Assembly (NCBI RefSeq): GCF_001194135.2
Contig: NC_068990.1
Coordinates: 79,825,436 to 79,889,435 of the forward strand
Source of the DNA: Octopus bimaculoides
Taxonomy: Eukaryota
Reading direction: 5' to 3'
Length of the DNA stretch: 64,000 nucleotides
Under the pieces are notes generated by a model. It had not been told where the DNA came from. It saw nothing but the letters and a program-made list of their open reading frames with translations, and made no database searches. A program made the translations under genes and the position numbers. Shown here piece by piece: positions 50,263 through 64,000 of the stretch. Each line of letters starts with the position of its first letter. Position 1 is the stretch's first letter.

Positions 50263-52189
50263 ATATTTTTTATTTACTGCTAGGCGTTCACAAAATATAG
50301 TGGGGACGGTAGAGGACGATGCAACGTCGTGTTACATAAACAGAAGCGTGTTAATAGTAAAAACGATAAGAACACAAATACAATACAAATTTTAACAACG
50401 AAAAATTCTCCAAAAGTGGGAGATTTCTTTGGGCTGCTCGTGAAGATTCCACAAAACCACTTGGGCAGTTATCCTCACCACATCGTCTTCCTTCAGGGTA
50501 TGATTACTGGCCATCATATGAGAAGAAGGCTTCGGAATACTTTATGAAGTCTGGAAAGATGAAAGGAAGATCAGGCAGACAAATAGATCAGATAGTTGAT
50601 AATCTTACCATGGTAACAGAAAGACCGCCTTAATAACTGGTTAAGTTTGTGTAGGACACACTGGAGTGACTGTGACTATCAACACTTGTATGGCATGTAA
50701 TGAAGAAAAGAGTCTAATTTGAAAGAGTTTGACAGCTATTTGTGATGTTGAGCGGTAATATAGAAGCTCCTTTGTTGGTTCATAGTAGGGATGGCTAGTG
50801 GCGGTAACGTTGATGGATATAAGTATTTAAAATAGAGGGTAAGAAGTTGAAGAGCATCGGCAGTCTAAGTGTTAGAGAGACCTGATTGAAATACATCTAA
50901 CACTATAGGGAATCGAATGTGGTCAGGCATCTTCTCGACCTATTGATTATCACCATGTTAATGTTTTCAAGTTTCTACTGTTTCACTTTGTCTATACTAC
51001 TAACATTAGAAACAAAGATGGAAAAATAACGGCAAAAAAACAAAAGGCAGGAAGAAAGAAAAGAAAACGACTAGCCATTCTATAGCGAACAGAATAATAA
51101 ATAAAGTGATGCGTAGATAAGGAAATATAATATATTGAAAATTTCCAAGATATAGATAAATAAGCAAGTGAAAAATGAAAATAATATCGAAAATTAAAGT
51201 TTAGATTAAAGAAGGGAAACTGAAAGAATGATGAAATAACTACAATAAAAAGAAATAAAAGCTATCGATAGTGTGGAACTGTACGACAGCAAAAACGCAG
51301 TGGTATCAATCCACAATGTTTAAAAGGAGAATATTCAGCTTTGAACAGAAAAGAACAAAAATCTATAAAATGTAGATAATCTATGAAAACATTAAAATTA
51401 TTAAAAAACAAAAAAATACTGCCGGTTTTTTTTCCACATCTATTAATATTTCGAAAAGTTATAAGGAGGAAAAAAAAACAAAACGAATTTAGTACAAAAC
51501 CCACATTGCTTTGGGTTGTATATATAGTAAACACGTTTAGTAAACATATGTACGCAAACATTCGAAATATACATACAAATCAGTGAAAGGTTTCTTTAAT
51601 GCTTTTGTCAAACCTATTGAACATAGCTTCTATATAATACGAGCTGCATATTTTACGTGATAACATTTTAGGACAAGAAACTTCAAAAATAATGACAACA
51701 AGCTAGTAACCTGTTCATCGATCGAACGTCATTTACATCGGCCACATCTAAAGGCTACATAACAAGAAAATCAACGTACATACCCATAAAATTATATGCA
51801 TCAACATTCCCAAGCATGTCTATCTATCTATCACTACCTTCAATTTTCAAGACTTTTCGATTCACAGCGCACTGGATAAGATCTTAAAAGTGTAGCATAC
51901 CATCAGCTTTAAAAAGCTTTATCGTACTACCTATATACACATACACACACATAGGTATACCCATACACACACCCACGTACACATACTCACCATACTCACA
52001 CCCACGTACACATATATAAATAACGTGTGATAGAATTGCTATAAAATAGAGATGCAATTTGAAGCGAAGAAAAACACGAGTGTAGTGTTTTAAAAAGGCA
52101 TTTTCTAAAGACATTACTATTATCTAACTTATATAAAAACTCGCCATACGATTCTCTTATTCTCCATTTCTCTTTCTTCATCTATCTGT

Positions 52190-52258
52190 TTGTTTGTCTG
52201 TCTGTTTGTCTGTCTGTCTATCTATCTAGCTATCTATCTGTCTCTGTCTGCTTGCCTG

Positions 52259-52338
<80 letters not shown>
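52190..52338 (+). repeat. (CTGT/CTAT)n microsatellite
   Basis: Read directly from the sequence. Confidence 0.95.
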
Positions 52339-52339
<1 letters not shown>

Positions 52340-52442
52340 GGTGAGAAGGAATATAAAGTTTCGGCTATGTACCTGTGTATCCTTCATGGGACTGAGCAAC
52401 ACACTCCATACACTTTATGGAGTGTTGTAATAATAATAATAA

Positions 52443-52603
52443 TCCTTTCTATTATTGGCACAAGGCCTGAAATTTTTGGAGAAGGGCCAGTTGATTAGAT
52501 CGACAGCACTTCACTGGTACTTAATTTATCGACCCCGTAGCGACAGACGAAATACCGCTAAGCATTTCGCCCGGCGTGCTAACGATTCTGCCAGATCGCC
52601 GCC
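52443..52603 (-). mobile_element. Internally deleted SINE family A
   Basis: Tail and head motifs present; B-box/core segment missing after ATCGACCCCG. Confidence 0.85.
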
Positions 52604-52609
52604 TTGAAA

Positions 52610-52875
52610 ATAATAATTAAGGCCAATAGGCCAGATATAGTTGTCAGAGATCATGAAGAAAAAAAATGCTTTCTAATTGATGTATCAATAACAGCAGATG
52701 ACAACGTTTCTCAAAAAAGAAATGGAGAAACTTCCAAAATACAAAGACCTGGAAATAGAGGTAACTGGAATGTGGAATCTAAAAACAAAAACAATTCTTA
52801 CCATAGTGGCTGCATTAGGTATGATAAAAAAAATATTCAGGCAAATACATAACAAATATATATAACATACAAATA
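52610..52875 (+). mobile_element. R4/Dong-type REL endonuclease fragment
   Basis: KANRPDIVVRDHEEKKCFLIDVSITADDNVSQK(fs)EMEKLPKYKDLEIEVTGMWNLKT (PD..D..EK..KY motif); homologous to 49575-49800. Confidence 0.88.
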
Positions 52876-55462
52876 CATAATAAATATGTATTTGCATGTC
52901 GACCCTATGGAAGGCTTTTTTTTTGCTGAGGGTCGTGGCAGGCTGTCAAGGTAGGCACTAAAGTCCGTTCTGTGTTCCGGCTCGCCATTGTTATTATTCT
53001 ATCGATTGTACAATTGCTATTTTCGTGACCCAGAGAATCGTTTCAAGAAGGTGGATAATCTGTATAATTTACCAACTTATTGGAAAATAAATGTTATATA
53101 GAGATCCTAGTTTTTTTATGAACAACAGTGTTCTTTTGAGTAGTGCTCGTATTCTTAGTAGTATCTGTTCTATGAAGAATTTCTGGTTATGCTTAATATA
53201 CAAACTGGAATCATTCGTCAATCCAGAGCAAATATCCCCCCCCCCAGACATTCTAAAACAAGTGTTAAATCATATTACTAATATTTCTTGTGCGCTATGC
53301 ATAACATTCACTTTCTTCTGACGAGAGTCACTGTGGCCCTGTTGTTAGTACAATCCAACAGTGCTGTTGATGTGTTTACTGAAGTGTGTGCATTTACTGT
53401 TATATCCTCTAACTACATTTATTCGTACCTTTGCTGAACGGAAATAATTTCAAATTCGATATCTGTGTTCAGCGAAATATTGAGTTACGTTGTTGTTTTG
53501 TACGCTGTTATATCCAGAAGCTCTAATTATTTCCATACATGTGCTGTCTTGCGCCCATTGAACTGTGTTAGAGTAACAAGTGAATATCTATTCACTGGTT
53601 GCATTTATTAAAATATTTTACCACGGAAAATGAATAAATATTGTTTTATTTAGTTCTTATAAAGTACCTAACTTATTTTACTAGCATCGCTGTAGATTCT
53701 GACAACTAACATATATATTTATTGAAACATTGCATTGACAAAAGTATATAGTATCACAGTTCCCTACTGTTATACGTGTATGTATCGTTACAGGTTACCG
53801 ATGTATTAGGAGCACTACCATTACAGTTATCAGAGGTGTATGAACGGCTACACATGTAGTCTATTTTTAATGACTTATACTACAAGTGTATCATTTTTAG
53901 TTCTTAATTATTGAAATTCCCAGGAAATGATGATGCTTTTGCTGTTATCACGAGATAGTAACATCATTAGGAAGTCAATTGTTATCCATTATTAGAAGCT
54001 ATTTGTTTGAGACAGTACGGAGATAACGTTATCACAAATACTTTTTTTTAATAATTAGTAAGTGTATGTATTACTATGACCTGATAATACATCGAGTAAA
54101 TGCATCTTGGGTTACTACATATAGTATTTATTTATATATTATATATTGAAAATTGTGAACAATAGTCTTGCTAGCCAAATGTTTCTAATGAGTCAGTCAT
54201 TGGTTCACATTTTTGAGGGTGTGAGTGAGGTAAGAGTTCCTGTAATTTGATATAGAACAAATATTCCAAAAGACTTCGCTTGAAAATCACCGGTTGTTGG
54301 GGTTTCTTACCGCTGTTTTTTTTTATATGCTTTGCCTTTATACATCGGCGAGAGATATACAGATTCATGCATATACTTTGAGGGTAATGGAAAATCGTAT
54401 TTTTTACTTTGACGTCAATGCAGGAGCAATTTTGTTAGCTGAAATACGTGAATTAATCGGCTTTTAATTATTACACTTTGTACACATTATATTTAATTTA
54501 ATAAAAGGTACTTTGTACTGCAGTGAAAGCTTACTACTATCATACTGAAGGAATGACAAAAAAAACAAAAAAAAAACAGAGGAAAATTGATTAAGTTTTA
54601 TCGAAATACTTGAACCTTAAAATCAATGTCTACTCAAACCTCAAAATACTTACTGCTTCGAATACCGTTAAAATTAGATATTTGCAAATATATCTATCAA
54701 AAATTGAATAAAATCCTGCATAAGAAATCCCAGAAATTCCATATTATTCAGAACTCATAAATTTCACCAAATATCTAACAAAAAAGAGACCAAATTCAGT
54801 TACTCTAGTACTTCCAAATTCCATTGTTCCTGTTGAATATGTGTGCTTCACACATCATCATGCCATGAAATTGAATAAATCCGAACCCAGAAGTTAAATG
54901 CCAAACATGTGTCACCATCTAAAGTTTCTATTTGTTACTAGTAAATATATAATCAATTGAGCATAAAAACTAGTTTATCCGTTTAACTAAGATAGCACCA
55001 ACACAACTTACACAAAGGTTATGGAACCAAATCAGATGCAAAGACAACACTCTGAAAAAGCACCTCCTGAATATGAAGGAGGAAAAATTATAAATTTTGA
55101 CATAATTAAAAACACCAATAATCTCTGATTTTCCGAAACCTACGCATTAGAGGAACATTTTGAAATTTTGCTACATCTCTGAAATATCTCAAATCACAAT
55201 TCAAACATTATAATCTTTCCGAGGACATGTAATTTAATCTTTATTTAAGTACTACAAAAGCCCACACATTAACTATTCTTTTACACTAAAATTAACTCTG
55301 CGAATAACATCTCTTCCATCATAAATTGTAAAACATATCACTACAGACGCTTCATTTTCAACCTACGCATTCTACACTCAACCACCATTACACGTTATTC
55401 TTTCTCCCTCTCCATCCCTGCAACACACTATCCACCCAGTAAATTCAACAATCCTTATATTA

Positions 55463-55657
55463 GTTTCAAAGTCCGGCACAAGGCCAGCAATTATGGGGGA
55501 AGGAGAAAGTCAGTTACATCGGCCCCAGTGCTCAACTGGTACCTATTTTATCGATCTCGGAGGGATGAAAGGTAAAGTCAACCTCGGCAAAGTTTGAACT
55601 CAGAGCGTAAAGACAGACGAAATGCTGCTAAGCTAACGATTATACCAGTTCGCTGCC
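55463..55657 (-). mobile_element. SINE family A
   Basis: Family head, B-box and core motifs on the minus strand. Confidence 0.85.
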
Positions 55658-55939
55658 TCAAACAACATTCCTAATATTAACAACCTTTCCAAGTGAGACG
55701 ACTTATAGCGAATCAAATCAGGAATAATAATTTCCAGAATGAGACGTTTCACAACCTAACAATTTATAAAACTATTTTATGTTTAAGAATGTTTTACGTC
55801 TGTTCACTACTGTCTGATGTACCGAAAGTTTAAACTGTCATTTATGCTAGTGACGGTCAAGCTGTGATTAAGTTTCGTATCAATCTATGACGTATATTCT
55901 TTTTTCTTGTCTGTGAATGCACTATACATAGTCAATATA

Positions 55940-56016
55940 CAGAGTGGCGCAAAAGTCACAGAGGGGTCTAAAAGCTTAATAAATTTGTTTTAATTATACG
56001 TGACTTTCTCCCCACC

Positions 56017-56073
<57 letters not shown>

Positions 56074-56135
56074 ATCGTAAATTTAAATCACCATAAATGA
56101 ATTATTAACACCTTCGTGACTTTTGGGCCACCCTA
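55940..56135. mobile_element. Tc1/mariner-type MITE with internal (TGTC)n
   Basis: Left CAGAGTGGCGCAAAAGTCACAGAGG versus the reverse complement of the right end TAGGGTGGCCCAAAAGTCACGAAGG; TA on both flanks. Confidence 0.65.
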
Positions 56136-56178
56136 TATATAATACATAAATAATATATAAATTGTCTCTGTCTCTGTC

Positions 56179-56225
<47 letters not shown>

Positions 56226-56227
56226 GT

Positions 56228-56237
56228 NNNNNNNNNN
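56228..56237. other. Assembly gap (10 N)
   Basis: N run. Confidence 1.
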
Positions 56238-56308
56238 ACTTGTAAAGGTTTATATCTTTTATTAATTGACATTTTTATGTTTTAGGTTCTATATCTGACT
56301 GTTTAATC

Positions 56309-57300
56309 ATGCTATGTACAAAAGAAACCTCGGAACTGTCTGAATTTCAAAGATGCCGTATTGTGGGTCATTGTGAAGGTGGACATAGCGTAAAATCGCA
56401 GAAAACCCTGGGATCCCACTTTCTACAGTTAATAGAGTGATTGTGAAATTCACCAGAGAGGGAAAGGAGTCCACGTCACCTCACCCAGGTCAACCAGGTC
56501 CCTCTCACAAGACCCTTCTCTTTGTTAAGAGAAGTGTGGAGGATAATTCTCGTTGCTAGGCCTCTGACATAGCAGAAAACATTGATGTCAGTCCTAGAAG
56601 AGCTGACAAGTATCTCCACAAACTTGGTTACTATGACAGAGTAGCAAGAAGGAAGCTGCTTCTTCGACCAGCGGAGAAAAGATTGGGTGAGTGAGATGGT
56701 GGAGAGACCACTAGCATTTTTGTACGCTGTCATATTCTCTGATGAGTCCAGATTTGCTGTATTTCCTGAAAGTGTGGGTCTAGAGACACTGATCAAGAAT
56801 TTGATGTGATGTGAAAAGATTGCAGCCAACAGTGAAACACGTCAGCTATTTTGTGATGGTCTGGGGAGGAATTTGGAGCAATGGTTGATCAGAGCTAGTG
56901 GAGTGTGAGGGAAACATAAACTCAGATAAATATGTGTCCATATTGCAGAAAGGACTCCTAATCTTCTCCAGTGGTGAAATGATTAAAGAAGACTATTTAT
57001 GGAAGATGGGGCTCTTTGTCACACGGCTAAAATGACCCAAGATTTGTTGGATGAGAATGCCATTAAAAGGTTTCCATGGCCGGGCCAGTCATGAGATATG
57101 AACCTATTGAATACCTCTGGGACATAATGGACAGGACGCTTCATAAAAAGAACAAGAAAGCATCTTCAATACCAGATCTTTTGATATTACTGTATAAAAG
57201 TTGGCAAGATATTCCGCAAGAGAATATTCGTCATCTGAATAGTAACATGCCTAATAGTGTCCCTGTATTGAAAAATGCAAAGGGCATGTCTATTAATTAT
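56309..57300 (+). mobile_element. Tc1-family transposase pseudogene (DD34E), near full length
   Basis: ELSEFQRCRIVG HTH start, VIFSDESRF (D1), VMVWGGI, MEDGALCH (D2), WPGQS*DMN(fs)IEYLW (E, 34-residue spacing); multiple frameshifts. Confidence 0.92.
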
Positions 57301-58987
57301 TATTCACATTATAATAATTAATAAATAATTTGAATATATAATTTCAGATTTAAATAAATTTTAAGTTAGTCTATTTACTTTCGTCATGTTTATATCATAT
57401 ATGATATAAAATACGTGTATGTGTGCGTGCGTGCGTGCGTGTGTGTGTGTATATAAATCTTACACACACAAGCACGAATATACAAATACAACACACACAC
57501 CACATACACACATACGCACACACACGCACACACATTCACACACACATTCACACACACACATGTATTTTATATCATATATGGTATAAAATACCTTTCAGAA
57601 GATGGTCTACACTGGGAGCAAACATAGAATCATGTTCTGAAGCAGACTTCTTAAGCCGCATTTATATGAATAGAATTTACCAACAAAGCGTATGTAATAC
57701 TATTAGGAATACTTATATCTAATGAATTTGCCAATGTAATAGTATCTGCTGCCGTCTGTGTTATATGATCAGATTACGACATTGATTGAGATATTACATA
57801 ATCCTATTTAATAAAAGATCCAACAACTGTACTTAATAATTATTATCATTGACAAGGAAAAGCTTGTAGTTCTGCATGATCGTATCCATAAATTAAATAT
57901 TGAAGACATCTGGGAAATGTATTTACTAGCTAGATGATACATCACTTCTATTCATTTAGTGCGTTGTTCATTGAAGGTACAATTATTATTGGCTGCAGAA
58001 AATGTGATTCTTTTATTAAGGCGACATAGACGTAAATATGGCACTGTTGAAAGACACGGCTTGTGGTATCAATAGAAACAAAGAATACAGATAGCTACTT
58101 AATTAAAATGCTTTCATGACATTGCCACGAACGGAATACAAATAAAGCTAACATCCTATTATGAAGGTCGTGAATGAACTGGATTTTTATCGAAAAGTCT
58201 TCGAATATACGATATGATCTGCTTTTCCACAAGAGAAAAATTAATATTTCACGAAAGGTTTGAGCGTAATAATATTCTCTTTAAACCATTCTGAAACTAT
58301 ACTATCTTTGTGACAGTATTCCCATAGCTTGGCCACATTTATTTCTGGTTAATTCATAGAAAATCTACCACCCGGTTTAACACCATCATCTGCTCCTGTG
58401 AAGCGCTTGTCGGATTGTACTCTATAATAAATATTCGATTTAGGTCTCCGGGTTGAAGATGTTTTCCTTTTCTTCTCCCAAGTGTATGCTCTGTAAAGGG
58501 GTATTGTGCTGCTTTCCATTCTCACCGAGACGTAAAAAATACGATTTAAAAGAGACATCGTTAATTTGTAACTGTAGTGGAATAACTCTACAACCCTACC
58601 CAATTCCTAAAATATACAACTCTAAATAGTTTCAAATAAAACATCTACTATCAAGACTGTTTATATATTTAGTTAAATTTATATTTTTTCGATTTTAATT
58701 TAGTCACCAAATATTTCGAGAAGAAATCAACTTTTACATTACTGTGTGTGTGTGTCTGCGCGCACGTGTGCGTTTCTGTGTATACCCGTGTATGTATGTG
58801 AGTGTGCGTGTCTGTGTAAGTTTCTGTCTGTGTGCGTGAAAGTGTTATTAAAATATGGCGGAATGATGAACATTGATGGCTGATGAAAACAAGCAAAATG
58901 TATCCAATGTATTTTCTATAATTCATCAGATGAAATTTATACGTGAACGCACACATCCTGATATGAGTGTCTATGTTCACGCGCGCG

Positions 58988-58989
<2 letters not shown>

Positions 58990-59045
<56 letters not shown>

Positions 59046-59050
59046 CACAC
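58990..59050 (+). repeat. (CA)n microsatellite
   Basis: Read directly from the sequence. Confidence 0.95.
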
Positions 59051-59765
59051 AGGTATTACTATTTTCTGTCTCTGACTGAGAGGGAAATCTCAATAAATTA
59101 AGAATTCATCACGTAGGACATTCAGTTCATTCACTTTTTAATTTAATTACCCAAATCCATGACATAAGCAATTTTTATTTACAATTGTGCAAATAACTGT
59201 CGGCCAAAAATATACGCAGCTCTGTTTACGGAAAGATCTATTTATTGATATGCATGATTGTTTAAATAAAATATAAAGCATTCAAACCCGCCAAAACATA
59301 TGACCATAGTTGTCCCTTGGCTGCAGCAAACAAAGCTGAGGCTACCTTTTCCCTAAACATTTAAATCAACTTTAAAATTTATATATTAAGGAATTTTTAA
59401 AGGTAATTTAAATGCTCAGAGAGAAGACCGATTTTGGTTTGCGGCAGACGAGCCGGCAGAATGTCAATCGTTAGAAAAAAATGTTTTGTGGTATTTGTTG
59501 CTAGGCGGGAAGATCATTTATTATCTCTTCAGTTTAGCTTGCTTCCAACATCTATTCTAGACTACATGCTCTCTTCTGTGAGGTAGTCCTTCCTTGGGAG
59601 TCAGTAGTCTGGTACGTTTGTAGTTTGGTTTGACTTGCCAGGGAATACGCTCCGCAAGAATAGCTACCGAACAACAATTGCCTATGTTGCTGCACTATGA
59701 AATACTGAACTAGGATTTCACAACAGAAACGCACACACATTCGCCACAGTCATTGCAAATCATGT

Positions 59766-59801
<36 letters not shown>

Positions 59802-59939
59802 TTTTTGTTATCGATCTGGAAGTTACATACTCTGATCTTTGGTGCATCTAATCAACCGCATTTGGTAGAATGGTTTAAGCCATTTCAAGTTTTGTAGCTT
59901 GGTGAGTTACTAAAAATAACAGGGAAACAGAATAACGTA

Positions 59940-60144
59940 TCCTTTCTACAACAAGAACAAGGCCTGAAATTTTGGAGGAGGAAGGTAGTCCATTACAACG
60001 ACTCTAATGTTCAACGGGTACTTATTTTATCGATCCCGAAGGATGAAAGTCAAAGTCAATGGTATCTGAATTCAAAATATGAAGATGGACGAAATGGCGC
60101 TAAACATTGTGCCCGGCGTGCTAACAATTCTGCCGGCTCGCCGT
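59940..60144 (-). mobile_element. SINE family A
   Basis: Family head, core and tail motifs on the minus strand. Confidence 0.85.
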
Positions 60145-61809
60145 CACAGGGGATGGAAACAAATTATGAAGATAGATATAAGATGAAAACAGAAAGGGAA
60201 CAATAGGTAGATAATTAGAATGAAAAGAAAGTATAGTGGCTAGGAATAAAACAAAGCTAAGCAAGTCATAATTGTGTTCCATGTTTGATTCTACCTAGTG
60301 TCTCTTGGGAAAATATCGCCTACTATAGCCACGCGTTGACAAAATATTATTTGATGGGAATTTGGTTCAGTGCAATAAATAAATAAATACATTAATGGTA
60401 TAGTTGCTTGAAAGGATTGATGGTGACTAGAATGCTGACGATAATGATGATATCGACGATATGTAAATGCTGCTTCCGCTGATCTAAATATGAAGCTACT
60501 AGTATTGATTATGGTGCGAAAATACATTTAAAAAAATTCTAATAAATATACTTTTACGTGGGTTAATTCTAATTACTATCATGTTCCTTACCTTTGATGT
60601 AAGGTAATCATAAATACATATTTCACAAATATTCAAATTTCAATTACAGGAAATAACATCAATTCTGGATAGTAATAATGATAATAAAACACTTTCCTTC
60701 TTTCTTTCCTTTTAATATTCAATTTCGATTATATTTGTTATTATTGAATTTCATATCTTCTGCGTAGATCGATGGATTATTTATTTACCAATCCATTGTT
60801 AGTGCATGCATTTCCATATTTTCAGATGAATAATGTGCTTGCGATATCTGATATCTGATATTTCTGATAATGTATAATTTTGCATTGCGTTTTATCAAGC
60901 AACGCATAAATGACATAGTCACATTCCCCAAGGTCCTAACTTAATGTCAGTTTCAGATCTGGAGGATGGTATATTTTCTCACTCCAACACGTTCTGTGAT
61001 AAATCGTACAATAATTTATACTTGGCAATAAAAATGACATTTACTAAATTAGAATCAACAGTTTGGCCTCTCAAGCATTTCACAGAAATTTATATGGATA
61101 TAAGAACTGACTGTATTTTTCAGACTAAGTTTGTTGAATGTGTCATTTCTGAATGTATATTTAAACTGTCACAGTTAAAAATGGCTTGGTAAGCCAGGTG
61201 GTTTGTAGCTTCACAACATAAGGCGCGCACATTTATTGAAAGATAATGTAAGTTGACATTGCAGTTAAATGTTTCATTCAAAGTGCTTCGGCAATACGAA
61301 ATCGATTATAAACAGTATCGTGACAGAAATATGTTCCATCACGTTCTAATGCAAACGAATTACCAATGTCTTGCATTTCTTTTTACGTTGGTCAGCAATA
61401 TTCTCATTTTATTCGGAATTTAATTTCAACATAATTCTCAAAATTAGGTCTGAATTTTAAAGGTGAATTAATTTTATATACAGTGATGGCGATTAACAAA
61501 CAAACAAACAAACAAACAAACAAATAAATAAATAAGTAAAGAAATAAAGAAATAAGTAAAGATATAACTGATCTGATTATTGTTTTCGCATGGCTTCACT
61601 GGAAGTTAAGAAAGCAACTAGTGTAAAATAGATTAAAAAATGAAGGTGAACTATCGGTTGTAAAGGTTGATTCGCATGCTTATACACTTTCCGCCTTGAG
61701 CATAAGAAAGACATATGATTCTAGAAAAGTATCAGATAGCGAGCGTAAATTATAGCATCCCCAGGAAAAATATTGATTTACACAGAAATGAAACTTTAGC
61801 TGTAAACAG

Positions 61810-61900
61810 TGTACTGGGGGATGGGAAATCAGCTATATTACTGGTACTCTATCGACCTCGATAGCTGTATTCTGAAGTCCCCTTGGTGAGATTTGAACTT
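61810..61900 (-). mobile_element. Highly degraded SINE family A fragment
   Basis: ACTGGTACTCTATCGACCTCG...GAGATTTGAACT remnants. Confidence 0.5.
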
Positions 61901-62132
61901 AAAAGAATGATCTGACAATATCACCGTATTACCTACCATTTAATCTGGTTGTGTTGCTAAGTTTTCGCTGATTCGTGACTATGTGGCTCTGGTTTCTATC
62001 CAACTGCTCTGAATCATGACAAATATCTTTTACCGTAGCTTCGACTTGATCAACACCTTGTCAATGGATTGCAGCAGACAGAAAGTGGGTAGAAGCCTGT
62101 CACCAACATACGTATATATATATACATACATA

Positions 62133-62171
<39 letters not shown>

Positions 62172-63382
62172 TTTGGTGTTTATCACAACAATACCATTTA
62201 AAATCGGTATTTTGTAAAGAAGGAATTTATTTTTATCGATTTATTTAAGCTCAGTCAATTTCAGATCGATAAAATAATTAGCAGCCTCAAATAAGTGCCG
62301 GAGTCAAGATGATCAATTAAACACTTAAGGACGGTTTAAAAAGTATGAGCGCAATCTTGTGACAGAAACCAAGAAATAAATAAAAGAATCTCCACTTCGT
62401 GTCAAGTGGGTGGTGCTGGTTTCCCTCATTGGCAGAAATCCAAAAGACATTTTGGAAGTAGGCTATAAACGATTGAAACAATCCTTATATATTATTGGTG
62501 TTGAGTTTCTTGGGAAGGTTGAGGGATAAAGATTTTCTAGAGAAATATTTTTTTCTACTCTAGGCACAAGGCCCAGAATTTTTGAGTAGGGGACCAATAT
62601 GTACACAATATGAACTCTTCCATATATGTACACAGACAATGTGATTAGAATTACGAATGCTGTTCGGCAATGAAAACATCAGCTCGATCAATGGTAGGAA
62701 TTGGTGGCAACTTTGAATAGACTTTAGTCTTTGACTACTACAGTGAACAAAAGCTGTTTGAGAAAAATAATCGTTTCGACACAGTGAATAATAACTGGGG
62801 ACTAGTACTAATGTTGCAGTTGGTAACGAAGAGATGTTTCCAACCGAATGTGAAACATCTAATTGCAACTCAAGACATTTTTCTCCAGTAATCACAAGAA
62901 GTAAAAATGCTGCAATTATGTTTCCAAATTAAGTTCGTTTAAATATTAGTGGTTTTGTCCAACAGAAAGAACAAAATTGAAAAAGAAAGCATTTCAATAT
63001 TAAATATTTCAAATTAATAATTCTTAACATCTATTCTTACGAAGTAACTAAACACCTGGTTAATATTAATATATAGCAAATAAATTAAACACAGAACTGT
63101 CGAGGATAAAGAAAAATTACAATAAAACAAACATAGCAATTAATGAAAATTAAAAGTAACGAAAATGTTTACAAGAAATGAAAAGGAAACAAAATAGAAA
63201 GTAAAGAACATTTTCCAGGTTTCATAATTTAAACATTGTTGCAGAGATAGAACACCAGTGAAATTTAGCTGTGTTAATATGGAGTAAATTGCAATCGTAT
63301 CAATGTGAAGAAAAAAATTTTAAAATAGAGAAATATACAAATAAAACTACAGCAAAAGTGAAAGAAGACACATTTCCGAACA

Positions 63383-63482
63383 NNNNNNNNNNNNNNNNNN
63401 NNNNNNNNNNNNNNNNNNNNNNNNNNNNNNNNNNNNNNNNNNNNNNNNNNNNNNNNNNNNNNNNNNNNNNNNNNNNNNNNNN
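63383..63482. other. Assembly gap (100 N)
   Basis: N run. Confidence 1.
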
Positions 63483-63559
63483 GTCTTGCAAGTCATCAAC
63501 ATACAAACTGTTACAGTTCCCTACAAACAGCTACGTTTCCTTGCAAACCATCACATTTC

Positions 63560-63735
63560 TGATGATCCCTTCTCACAGAACCACATGTCTACACTTCACC
63601 ACACATACACATCTACACACACACACGCATACGCATACGTACATGCATGCATACATATATGTGTGCTCTTTGCCGTATGTATGTATGTATATATGTATGT
63701 ACGTATGTATGCATGTATGTATGTATGTATATGTG

Positions 63736-63769
<34 letters not shown>

Positions 63770-63957
63770 CGTATTTATATGTACACATCATTTACAGACG
63801 TATGGATACACACATTATATTCACAAATTCACACACACACACTTACACACATATACATACACGAACAAGCTGATGCTGAATGCTAAAGAAACGCGACGTG
63901 TGCGCATGCGTACGTATGAATATATGTCTACTTGAGTAAACGTTTGTGTAGTGCGTA

Positions 63958-63999
<42 letters not shown>

Positions 64000-64000
64000 G
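63560..64000 (+). repeat. Mixed (CA/TG/TATG)n microsatellite tract
   Basis: Read directly from the sequence. Confidence 0.9.

Noticed and set aside
58349-59740. Short ORFs and candidate exons at 58.4 and 59.6 kb (also 25981, 28.7, 33.3 and 46.3 kb)
   Set aside because: Acceptor-like sites without a convincing donor or recognisable protein; expected by chance in 64 kb.
62600-62880. Helitron PIF1 helicase remnant (MFPTEC resembling YPTEFLN)
   Set aside because: One weak motif in broken frames; not enough to call.

Overview
AT-rich, repeat-dense metazoan DNA with 8 assembly gaps and no protein-coding gene I can identify. The repeat families and extreme microsatellite load suggest an octopus/coleoid cephalopod genome (inference from recalled families, not from a search). 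Nearly all long ORFs in the track are artefacts of microsatellites or N-runs. The window holds about 20 copies or fragments of tRNA-derived SINEs, decayed DNA transposons (two D,D34D mariners, one DD34E Tc1, a MITE), and fragments of R4/Dong, RTE, CR1-group and Penelope-like retroelements. A possible Ty3/Gypsy remnant lies at 7.1-8.6 kb. The most notable region is 42.6-45.2 kb. A complete type I hammerhead ribozyme (42727-42850) sits at the tip of a long rod. A second, sequence-unrelated hammerhead (43205-43346) follows on the same strand, with predicted cleavage sites 480 nt apart. Nearby are a tRNA-headed element with a hammerhead-like core on the minus strand and the N-terminus of a Penelope-like ORF. 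All structures and translations were read by eye.
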